This document shows, piece by piece, positions 40,501 through 53,461 of a stretch of DNA of 64,000 nt. A program made the position numbers and the translations under genes. Numbering within the stretch: the first letter of the stretch is position 1; every line of letters begins with the position of its first letter. The notes under the pieces are model-generated. The model was not told the DNA's origin. It saw only the letters and a program-made list of their open reading frames with translations, and searched no databases. Origin of the DNA: Octopus sinensis (lineage: Eukaryota). The stretch is from assembly GCF_006345805.1 (NCBI RefSeq), contig NW_021830466.1, positions 1 to 64,000 on the forward strand, in the 5' to 3' direction.

Positions 40501-42482
40501 GGTGGTGTATCCGGGAAACAAAAAAAAAAAAAGAAGCGGATCTCAAGAGGAGGGCTGTGTTAAGTCCGTGTGGGGTAGTAGTTTGTAGGGTGAAGATGTA
40601 GCGTTGCTCCAAGTGGAGCCTGGAAAGTGGGCGACCATTGTTGGGGGCGAGACCAAACACTGAGATGTCATCTAGGGAATGGCCGGCCGAGCGGAAGTGG
40701 CGTGCGACGGGAGAAAAAGAGTGTAGGCGAACGTCCCTCAAATGTTCAGTGAAACGGTCGGACAACCGGCGTCCCGTCTGTCCTACATACAGCATCCCGC
40801 ATAGGTTGCATTTAATGCAGTAAATAGGCCAGACGAGGTGCACGTAAAAGAGTGCCTAATGCGTACAGTATGCTGGTTGGAGCCGGTGACAGCGGTGGTG
40901 TTGGTGATGAAGGGGCAGTGTTGCAGCGGGATCTAGAGCAAGGGAATGATCCGTGTGGGGCTGAGGGGGAAGGAGAGAGGGTGCTGTGGACCAGGAGGTC
41001 ACGCAGATTGCGGGCTCGTTTGAAGGAGGACAGGGGTGGGTTAGGGAAAATAGGGCGGGTGGTGGGATCAAGCTGGAGGCGACGGAAGGCACGTAGTATC
41101 TTGCGACGAAGGGGTAGGGTAGAGGGGTGGAAAAGGAGGGGGAAGGGGTGCGGTTGGGGGGTGGGCGGGGGGAAGGAGACAGGGCGGTAGTGCGGTCGAT
41201 GCGACGGGCGCGGGTGAGGGCTCGTTTGGTGTGGAAGGGGTGGGAGGAAGAGAAGTTGAGATAGAGGTGGGAATCCGTAGGTTTAAAGAAGGCGGTGGTG
41301 GTGAGAGAGTTGGAGGGGTGATCGATGCGGAGAGAGATGTCAAGGAAGTTGACAGAGGTGTTGGAGATGGTGGAGGTGAATTGAAGAGAGGGGTGAAAGT
41401 TGGAAAGGAAAGAGATGAATTGGCAGAGAAGTTCACGGGAAAGGGAGGTGGCACCTACGCAGTCGGCGATATAGCGACCGTATAGTTCGGGGGTCGGCCC
41501 AGAGAACTGGGAGAACACTTGGGCCTCAATGTAGCCAAGAAAGAGATTGGCGAAATTGGGGCCCATCCTAGTTCCCATCGCGACCCCGGACACCTGTTGG
41601 TACGTTTCCCCGGCGAACGTGAAGCAATTGAGGGTGAGGACGTGCTCAGCCAAACGGAGAAGGGTGGGGGTGCTGGGGGTGGGGTCGGGACGACGGTCGA
41701 GGAAGTGTTGGAGGGCTAGGAGACCGTCATTGTGGGGAATCACTGTGTACAGGGATTTTACATCTAAAGTGAAGAGGAGGTGTGAGGGGCTGGAAGGGAA
41801 GGAAAAGGAATTGAAGAGACGGAGGGCGTGGTTGGTGTCGTGTATGTGGGATGGGAGGGCTGCGACTAAGGGGGACAGGATGCGGTCGAGGTATAGGGAG
41901 ATGAGTTCAGTGGGGCAATTACAGGCAGAGACTATGGGACGGCCAGGATTAGAGGGTTTATGGATCTTGGGAAGGAAGTAGATGGTGGAGGTGCGGGGTG
42001 TGCGGACGATGAGGTTGGTGGCGGTGGGGGGGGAGAGCGGAGGAGGAGATGAGGTCGCGGATGGTGGAGGACACTCGCTGTTGGTAAGAGGAGGTGGGAT
42101 CGGAGGGGAGGAGGCGATAGAAGAGGGGATTTTGAAGCTGGTTGAGCGCTTCCTCCCTGTATAGGTCCGCGCGCCACACTACCACTGCCCCGCCTTTGTC
42201 CGCCGGTTTGATGACAATGTCATTACGTCGGCGGAGGTGGCGAAGGGCAATGGATTCGGCCCGAGTGAGGTTGGCTCGGCGGGGTCTTGGTTCAAAGTTG
42301 AAACGGTGGACCAAAGCGTTGCAGTCATGTACAAACGAATCTAGGCTACTGAAAAGGCCTGGGGGCGGCGTCCAGATGGATGGACGACGCCCCAGCTCCA
42401 AAAGGCAATCCTGATTGTTGTGACGCTGCGGGGACGCGTGGTAGTATGCGCAAAGTTTGAGGCGGCGCAGGAACAGGTTGAC

Positions 42483-42515
<33 letters not shown>

Positions 42516-44675
42516 CTAGCAGTATTGCCCGGCGTTGCTCGGGTTTGTAAGGGAAATAACTATATAAGCATTTTAGAGATGTAAAGTATTATAGCCATCT
42601 CAATATGGCTAACCACAAAGGGGGGGGGGTTACTGTAGCTTTTTACGTTCTGAGATTTAATAATAAATTTTTAGAGAGTTACTTCCCTTATATATGCAAA
42701 AAATGCATTAAAAATGGGGAAAATTGATGGTAAATTTTTTTTTAAATCGTAGACTCATCGTAGATGCGCGCTAATACCCAGAAGGGCTCGATATGAATCA
42801 CGACTATAAGATACCCGGTTTTGGTTAAACTGCACCGCAAAATGTGGGAGTAGTTAGGAATCTAAATCGTAGGAGACAGACAGCACACAACCTCACTTTT
42901 ATATATAAAGATATATATATTTTCTATGAAAAAGAATGGTGCAATCAAGACAATTGGAAGCGCATTGTGACCAGCGGTGTATAACATCATCTGATGGTCT
43001 GGCTGATCTTGCGTGATATATATATCATATATTTTGTGTGTCATCTCATTTTTTTTTCTTTGAGTAGAAGACGTTGCATGCGACTGGTCTCCACTTACAC
43101 AAGTAAAAAGACTAACGCTCATGAGTCGAATGTTTTTCCCATCATTATGACCTGGAACCCGGCACTCTGCTATTTCTACCACTGAAAAGGAGAAAAGAGA
43201 AAGGGAGCGAGAGGGAGATAGAGGGAGAGAAAAAAGAGAGAAGGAGAGAGGTGTGAAAGAGAAGAGATAGGGAGGTGGAGAGAGAGGAGGAAAGAGAAGA
43301 GATAGGGAGGGAGAGAGAGAAGAGAGGGAGAGAGGGGGATGAAGGATAGAGAGAAAAGAGAAGGGGAGAAAGAAGACAGAGAGACAGAGAGAAAGGGGAA
43401 GGGAGAGAGGTAGAGAGAGAAAGAGAAAGTGCTATTTCGTTGAACTTACTATTCTTCAGAATAGGGCAGGAATATTTCATTGTCGGGGTCGTTGAGATTC
43501 TTGTAACATTCTTGAACGCCTGGGTCTAGCCAAACCTGCAGGATTAAGAAAATGTCTGGTTTCTCGTAATGACAGTAAAAGTTCGAGAGACGTCGTGGTC
43601 GAGCGGGGAATAAGTTTGTATTGTTGTGGTCGAAGTGAGTGCCATCTTCCTCAACTGTATGAAGTAACAAGGCCCTGATTCGTGGATATTTCTTCTCAAA
43701 CTCACTCACCGTTTCCTGTAATGACAAAGGTAAAAAAAAAAAAAAGACAATTTGTGAAAGGTGGACAGAAACAGAAAGAAAGAAAAATGAAACGAAAAAA
43801 GCAAAAATTTATATTTAAAAAAGCCGTCTAAAACTGAAATAAACTTTTAAAAAAGGAACTGAAGGAAAAAAAACGAAAAAAAAAACAAGGCATTGGAGGG
43901 GTGATGCATAACCCTGTGCGCGGATAAGCTTTTTTTTTTTCTTTTCTGCCCGCAAGGGGCTACACATAGAAGGGACAAACAAGGACAGACAAACGGATTA
44001 AGTTGATTATATCGACCCCAGTGCGTAACTGGTACTTATTTAATCGACCCCGAAAGGATGAAAGGTAAAGTCGACCTGGGCGGAATTTGAACTCGGAACG
44101 TAGCGGCAGACGAAATACCGTATTTGACGGCATATAGGACGCACTTTTTTTCAAAAACTTTGGCTCAAAAAATCGCCCTGCGTCTAATATGCGAAGTCAA
44201 GACCCTCCCGTAGGCTAATCTTCTCCCAGACGCTCACTAACCTAGCTTACGATAAGTATTTCTATCAAGATAAACAGCACATGACCTTGCAGGTGGGGCC
44301 CAGTTAGAATTTTCTTCAGGTTGAGTAGCCCATCCCGCTCAAACGGTACCTGAATAAGGGTTGCTTAAGGATGTTGAAAGAACCACCCATGTTTCCAGAG
44401 GTGAACTATTCAAACCCCAAAGAATCCCTCTCAACACATGGCTATGATGCTCCCCCACTACTTCTGCTCGTGATCAGAGATGCACATATCGTCAGCCACT
44501 AAGGGACATGCTCAGCTGGTTAAGGTCAAACAACTGACAAGCAAATCTGAGGTATTGAGCAGAATATTTGCTGTAGCCCATCTTTTATACCAAGACAAAA
44601 CAATGTACATGATAACACTTCCAATCAGTTAAGATCAGAAGCCATGAGAGCCACTGCCTGGTACTGCATCAGGGC

Positions 44676-44727
<52 letters not shown>

Positions 44728-47700
44728 TTATTATTATTATTACCAGTATTATTACTTTAAAATACGAATTATCGTAAAATTCAAAGCAATCTACCGTAAA
44801 TTGTTAGGCTGCGATCCATGACACACGTTTACTAATATCACTGATCGGAACCCTAACTCGATGCCATCTGACGGTGAGGAGTAAAACTACGGAATGCACA
44901 TGATCGTTGCGAGTTCGTGTATATACGGAGGTAGGTTGGATATCTTGGTACAACAAAGTTTATGATCATAACAAAACACACTACAACAGAACAAGCACCC
45001 TCACGGCTATGGCAGCAAAAAGATCAAGCTACAAGATCTCCTACAAACTATGAGTTGTAGATTATGCCAAGGAGCATGGAAATAGAGCAGCAGCAAGGGT
45101 TTTTGGGCCACCACCTACAGAAAAAATGATACGTGTCTGGCGACAGCAAGAAGAGCAGCTGATGAGAGCACAGAAAGGTAAACATAACCTTCGTTGCCCA
45201 GCCCCACATTGGCCAGAACTTGAGGATGATATAAAAACGTGGGTGCTTGATGAGAGAAACTCAGGGAGAAGTGTATCTACCAAAATGATAATTCATGAGG
45301 CCATGAGAGTAGCAGAACAACGAGGGATACAGAACTTTGCAGGAACAGAAGGTTGGTGTTACAGGTTTATGAAACGGAAGGGTTTATCAATGCGTACAAA
45401 AACATTCATTGCACAAAAAATGCCTGCTGATTATGAAGAAAAAATATTAGATTTTCATAGATTTGTTATAAATGCAAGAAAGAAAATTTGTTTTGAACTG
45501 GGCCAAATAGGGAATATGGACGAAGTTCCAATCACATTTGATGTACCATCCAACAGGACTGTGAGTGTCAAAGGGTCTAAAACGGTTTCGATAAAAACCA
45601 CTGGCCACGCTTAAATACACTTTGACCTGCTGAAATAAGGGTGCGTCTAATATGCCAGTGCGTCTAATATGCCGTCAAATACGGTACCTATTTCATTATT
45701 ACCCACAAGGGGCTAAACACAGAAGGGACAAACAAGGACAGACAAACGGATTAAGTCGATTATATCGACCCCAGTGCGTAACTGGTACTTATTTAATCGA
45801 CCCCGAAAGGATGAAAGGCAAAGTCGACCTCGGCGGAATTTGAACTCAGAACGTAGCGACAGACGAAATACATCTAAGCATTTTGTCCGGCGTGCTAACG
45901 TTTCTGCCTGCTCTCCGCCTTGAAAAATTTGGTCCGGCGTGCTAACGTTTCTGGCAGCTCGCGCGCGGATAAGTTTTTTCTCAAATTATCCTGTGTGCAC
46001 ATAAATTCATTCGCAAAAAATCTGCACAGTCAAAACATTTTGATTCACCCATCCGCCAGTTTTGAAGATAATCAAACCAAATTTTCATCAATTTGACTCA
46101 CTTATCCAGTGAGTATTTCTGCCAAATTTGGTGAAAATCCGTCCGGCTGTTTTTCAGTAATTTTGTAAACACAAAGATGAGTGACTACAATACATTGCTT
46201 TCGTTTACGCGCGCAAGGTAAATGTGAAACAGAAAATATCTTTAATCTTTTACTTGTTTCAGACAATAGATAGTGGCAATGCTGTAGCACCGCCTTGAAG
46301 AATCTTAGTCGCACGAATTGATCCCAGATCTTGTTTATTTGTTTATTTATGTTTTAGGGCCTGATGCTTATTCTATCGGTGTCTTTTCCGAGTTGTTAAG
46401 TTACGGGGATGTAACCACACCAACACCGGTTGTCAAGCAGTGGCGGCAGATAGACACAAACATAAAGACACACACACACCCATACATATATACAGAGGTT
46501 GGACAAAATTATGGAAACGCCTAATATCATAGTATCATAATTTTGAAATATCTATAAAACCGTCAAAAGCTTGTTTATTTTTATGATTTTTGATTTATTA
46601 TTAGTATTGCTTAATATGTTTTGCTAAAATTGCTGTTTAATTTCAAATTTCACCAGAAAAAGGTAATTAAAATTCATTAAAATGACATATCTATCGGACT
46701 TTCAAAGAGGTCAAATTGTTGGTGCTCGTATGGCAGGCGCTAGCGTAGTGAAAACAGCCGAAATGTTTGGTGTATCAAGAAGTACTGTCTCGAAAGTAAT
46801 GACAGCTTTTGAGAAGAGGGAAAAGCCTCCTCGTCGAAACAAATCTCCGGAAGAAAACCAAAACTTTCAGAGAGGGACCGTCAGACTCTTATGCAAACTG
46901 TAAGAAAAGATCACAAAAGTACAGCTCCCAAAATTACTGCAGAGGTTAATGACTACCTCGAGAACCCACAAAGCTGCACAAAGCCGGATTTCATGGGAGG
47001 GCTGTAATAAGAAAACCACTACTTTCAAAAACAAACATTGCGAAGCGTTTAGAGTGGAGTAAAAACCTACAGAATTGGTCTCTAGAGTAGTAGAAGAATG
47101 TTATTTTCTTAGAAGAGTCATCCTTTGCTTTATTTCCGAACACCGGCCGAGTATACGTGTGGAGATAGCCAAAAGAAGCATTTGACCCAGACTGCCTTCT
47201 TCCAACTGTTAAACATGGAGGAAGATCTGTGGTGAACTGGGGGGGGGGGGCTATATCTTAGAAATGGCAGAATTAATAGTCAAGACTATTTAAGCATTTT
47301 ATCTGATCAAATTCATCATATGGTTGTGGAACTGTTTCCGGAGGGAAACGCAATCTTTCAGGATGATAATGCACCAATTCACATAGCTAAAGTTGTTACT
47401 GAATGGCATGAGGAACATTCTAGTGAAGTTGAACGTCTTATCTGGCCACCACAGCTCCCCAGATCCCAATATTATTGAACATTTATGGTGCATTTTAGAA
47501 AAACAAGTAACGAGTCGATATCCTCCACCATCATCACTTCAAGAACTGGAGACAGTTTTAGCTGAAGAATGAACAAAAACTCCTTTGGAAACAATTCAAA
47601 CATTGTACGAGTCCATACATCATAGAATTCAAGCTGTAATTACTGTCAAAGGCGGTCCTACCCCATATTAGAATAAATTTGTTCGAAATTTTAAGGTGTT

Positions 47701-47731
47701 TCCATTATTTTGTCCAACCCCTGTATATATA

Positions 47732-47764
<33 letters not shown>

Positions 47765-48337
47765 ACAGGTTCTATCAGATTCCGTATCCCAAATTCATTT
47801 GGTCGTCCCGAGGTTGTAGTAAAAGACACACGCTCAAGGTGCCACGTAATGGGACTGAACCTGGAACCATATGGTTGGGTAGTAAACTTACCACATAGTC
47901 AAGTGTTTGCCTACATGTTCAAAAACAATTAGAAATACTAGAAGGAACTTTAAAATGAAACATAGAATGAAACAAAACAAAAGGAGAACAAGGAAAAAGC
48001 AACCAGAACACAAAAGAAAAACTGAAAAAGAACAATGCTGAAGTAAATTAGAAAAAAAAAACAGCAAATGAAAATATAGAGAAAAAGAAATTTTTTTCAA
48101 TATTAAAAGTAAATTTCAAAAAGAAATGAAGAATAAAAAAAAAGCAGGTAAAAAGAAAAGAAAGAATGAAGAAAATTAAAAAAAAGAAAAAACATAAATG
48201 TTAAAGAAACAAGACGTTAGATAAAAAAAGAAAAAAGTAAACATGAAAATAAATTGAAAATGGCATATACAAAAAAACCCCAAAGAACTCAGATATTTAA
48301 AATACATTAAACAAATATATTTATAAAACTAGAAAAA

Positions 48338-48382
<45 letters not shown>

Positions 48383-48390
48383 TAATAATA

Positions 48391-48450
<60 letters not shown>

Positions 48451-49163
48451 GTGAAAAAAACACAGGTGGAAATTTTAAAAAATCTAAAAGAAAAAAACAA
48501 AATAGAACCTACAAAAATAAAGCAAAAAGAAAATCTAAAAAAAGAAATATGGAAATGAAACAGAAATAATAATGAAAAAAGAAACACAGAAATCATGAAA
48601 AAAAAAAAGAAACACAGGAATAATTTTTTTTGAAGAAAGAAAATGAAATGAAGAAAATAAATAAAAAAGATCAGAAATAAAAATGCAACAGAAAAAAAAA
48701 CAGAAAAAAGTGGAAGAAGAAATAAGAAGAAAATCTGAGAGTTTAAGAAAAGAAATAAATTTAAGAACAAATATAAAAAACTGGGAAGAAATGACGGAAA
48801 CAAAATTTAACAACGAGAATCAATAACCGTTTCTACTACAGACACAAGGCCTGAAATGTTTGAGGAGGGGATTAGTCGATTACATCGACCCAGTGTTCAA
48901 CTGGTATATATTCCATCGACCCTGAAAGGATGAAAGGCAAAATCGACATTGGCGGAATTTGAACACAACGTAAAGATGGACGGACAGAATGCCTCTAAAC
49001 ATTTTGCCCGGCGTTAACGGTTCTGCCAGCTCGGTGTCTTAACCCCCGCCAAAAACTCTCCCCACAAAAAACGATAATAAAAATAAAAATAACAAAAACA
49101 ATCAGAGAGCGCAAACCTCCACCAAGGCACACACACACACGCAAACACACACACACATACACA

Positions 49164-49235
<72 letters not shown>

Positions 49236-49447
49236 GACACAGAGTAATCCCTCGCCATATCGCAGTTTATTATTTAAGCTTACGTCGATTTCTCTGTGAT
49301 GTTGTTTTGCATTTATAATAAAATAAATACATACAAATTATAAAAATAATCTGAAAAATATACAGTACATTACTGTTTCTACTTCGCGGATTTTCACCTA
49401 TCGCGGGGAATTTGGGAACGCAACACCCGCGATAGTCGAGGGATTAC

Positions 49448-49480
<33 letters not shown>

Positions 49481-52400
49481 CACACACACACACACACACA
49501 CATATATATGTATATACACACACATTAGCAGAGATACCCGGCGTTACTCGGGATTAAAATGGCATAGTTTGTATATATAGTACAGTTACTTTAAAACATG
49601 TGATACTGGGAAGTGCAGCATTGACGACAAAACATTTGTGGAGTAAATCATGGGCTAATTTGACTAAGCGACATCTCATGCACCAGTTTGGAGATTTCCA
49701 GACCCTAAGCTGTCTTGGAAATGTGGGTTGGGGGTGGGGGTGATTTTTAAACGCACCAAAAAGCTCTGTGGATATACTCTCCTTTGTGGCTATCGGACAT
49801 TGACTTGGAACATAAAGCAATGTAAAAAAAATCTGGTACTCCGCCGGTTACGAAGGAGGGTTCCAGTTGATCTGATAAACGGCACAGCCTGCTCGTGAAG
49901 TTAATATACAAGTGGCTGAGTGCTCTACAGACACACCATATACATTGTTCTCAGGGAGATTCAGCATAACAAGGAATGTGACAAAGCCGACCGTTTCCAA
50001 TTACAGGTATTATTAATTTTTGCCAGCTGAGTGAACTGGAGCAACGTGAAATAAAGGACACAATATGCCGCAGGGAATTGAACACACGACCTTAAGATCA
50101 TGAACCGAATACTTTAACCACGAAGCTACGTGTCTTCACCAAAGAAATGTAAACGAATGCTGCAAAGTATTTCGTTCACTGTTCTATCTTTGGTTTTATG
50201 TTGTGTTCTGAGAACTGGGCGATCAGTATCAAAAATGTCTAAGCACAGCTTTTGAAAGTGTTGTGTTATTACTTCAATAACTATAATGAAAGTGGAAAGT
50301 AGAACCCCGTTTGGTATATTTATGGTCATTAAATTCCTGACTATATTGACTTCCGTTAGTTTCCTACCAAACTAATTTTATGTAAGAACCTTTTGTTGTT
50401 GGTTTCAAATTTTGGCACAAAGCCAGCAATTTGGGGGGCGAGTAAAAGTCGATCACATCGACCCTAGTGCTCAATTGGTATTTAATTTATCGACTCCAAA
50501 AGGATGAAAGGATGTGAATTCGTGTGTTGAAACAAATTTTGGGGTAATGACTCTCATACGACACAACAAAATATACAAATGTGAGAGAGACAATCAATTT
50601 CTGAAAGTTACTCCGCAAAGAGTTAACTCCCTTGTCAACAGTAGTCGTACGTACCCCAGGAAAGGATGTTTTCTTCGCCCAGAGGCCCCATTACTCATTA
50701 CTTCTGACGCCACCACCATCAACACCTTTGATTTCGTCGCTTTCTCCTCCACCACCATCACCACTGTCGTTTACTCTCACCGTCATCCCTGACCATCACC
50801 GCCACCGCTGCCCCCTCCACCTCTATCACAATTACAGCTCATGCTCTTATTACCACCCCATTACCATCACCAAAAGGCTAAATGTGTGTTCGTTCAGTAT
50901 GTTATTCAGCATGTTACTTCAGTGTTCAGTCCCTCCTTCCCTCACATACCCACTCTTTCTCTCTCTCTCTTATTATTTCTCCCACTGCCACCATCAACAC
51001 TACTACTTTTAATAAAACACCATCAACTCCCTCTAAATTTCTTTGTCTCTCTTTCGCACCTTCTCTTTTACTTTCTGTCTGTCTGTCTGTCTTCGCCACC
51101 ACTCTCACTGTCTCTATACCTACTACTACTCCCACCTCATCATAAGAGAGTGGGGTCTAAGTGTTACGCACTGACACACAGAAATTCGCATTTATTATAT
51201 TAGATGTGTGTGTGTTTGTCTCCTACCACCGCTTGACAACCGGTGTTTGTTTGTTTAACCCTAATCCGCATTCTAGTGGTTCGTCAAAAGACACCAATAA
51301 AATAAGTACCAGGATTAAAAAAATATCTACTGGGGTCGATTTGTTCAACTCAGCCCTTCAAGACGGTGCCCCAGCATGGCCGAGGTTCAATGACTGAAAC
51401 AAGTAAAAGATAAAAGATAAAAATCGGTATTTGTAACGTGTAGAGCGAGATCTGAAACGATCATTTGCATGTTCTGAGCAGATTCAAGCGCAAATATGCT
51501 AGTCGTTTTTGTGTACGTCACACGAAAACAGAAATAATAATAATAGCAAACTTGAAATACAAAAATAGAAATAAAAAAAAAAACTGCATACAAATGAAAG
51601 ATAAAAACAGAGTAATACAGAACTGCAAGAAAAAAACAACAACACAAAAACAGAATATTTAAATGAAATTTGTTTCACGTTGAAAAGATATTAGTAACGA
51701 TGATATGATCGAACATGTAATTAATTAAGTCGCAGCATTTAATATGGCAATACATTGGTCATGATGAGGATGATGATAAGGAGGAGGAGGTTATTAGAAG
51801 TGGTGGCGATTATTGTGAGGATAATGATGGTGATGATGATGGTGATAATGGGGATGATGACGATGACGACAAGGACGAATATGATGATGGTGATAACGTT
51901 AATAATGACAACGACAGCGATGACATCAGCGATAATGATGACGACGACGATGATGATGATAATGATGATGGTGGTGATGATGATGGCGGTGATGATGATG
52001 GCGGTGATGTTGCTGCTGCTGATGATGAAATGGACGAATATGATGACGGTGATAATGATGGTAATAAGGACAGCGATGACGACAATATCGATGACAGCTA
52101 TGACAAAACACCTGCCTGGCTGCATGCACACAACCTCCTTGCTCAGCCCCACCTTACAAAAACAAACAAACAAACAAATAAATAAATCGAAATGAAACGA
52201 ATTGTTATACTTACAGTCATCGATGGGTCATTAAAGTCTATCTTCATAGATGCCATATGATCTAAGACATGGTGCAGCGCATGCGTGATGTTCTCGTAAA
52301 TAAATGGTTTGAAATAGTGGCGTTCGTTTTCAGGGAAGCCGTCTCCATATCTGATTCTCATCTGTTTGATAAAGGTACTTTTCCCGGAACCGGAAGCACC

Positions 52401-53370
52401 TACATGACAAAATAGCAGAAATTGGTATCTTATTTCTTTATTACCCACAAGGGGCTAAGCATAGAGGGGACAAATAAGGACAGACAAATAGATTAAGTCG
52501 ATTGCATCGACCCCAGTGCGTAACTGGTACTTAATTTATCGACCCCGAAAGGATGAAAGGCAAAGTCGACCTCGGCGGAATTTGAACCCAGAGCGTAGCA
52601 GCAGATGAAATACCGCTAAGCATTTCGCCCGGCGCGCGAACGTTTCGGCCAGCTCGCCGCTTTGGTTTCTGATTCACTAACGTGAGGGCAGAGAAGAAGG
52701 TGCTGCTCCTTTAAGATAAGGGCCAGGGAGGATGGTCATAATTCAGAAATTTCGGTGCATATTATGTATTCTATCTCGGGCGGCGAGCTGGCAGAATTGT
52801 CAGAGCGTCGTCGGAAGGCATATCTAGCGGCATATTTTCCAACTGTTTACATTCTGAGTTCAAATTCAATGAAGGTCGACTTGATTTGAACTCAGAACTT
52901 AGAGACCCGTAACTAAATAGTACAACGCATTTTATCCAGCGCTCTACTGATTCTTTCAACGAGGTGACATATTTATACAGTTCGAGCGAAATGTTAATGA
53001 TACTAATTTGTAACATAGCTCAAAAGATTTCGCCTTTTGAGGACATAATACTGTCGATTAGATTTCCCCAGTATATAACTGGTATTTTATTTTAATCATC
53101 TTGGATTGATAAAAGGCAAACTCGATCACCGAGTGATTCGAACTTAGAGCCTAAAAGTCTGCCTTTAAATACAACTAGACATTTTGTCAGACGCTTCAGT
53201 GACGTTTTGCCAATCCGACGCCATATTGATACTGTTCTGTGTGTGTGTGTGTGTGTTGTACGTGAATGTGTGGCCACATTAGTGAAATGTCACTGATACG
53301 AGAAGGTCATCCATTTTGTTACTTTGCTCTTCTCAGTTCGTGGATTCTGTTAAAAGTCAAGTGTGTGTGT

Positions 53371-53461
<91 letters not shown>

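Noticed and set aside
51739-52195. Poly-Met, poly-Ile and poly-Ser ORFs
   Set aside because: Degenerate (GAT)n repeat; no splice or homology support.
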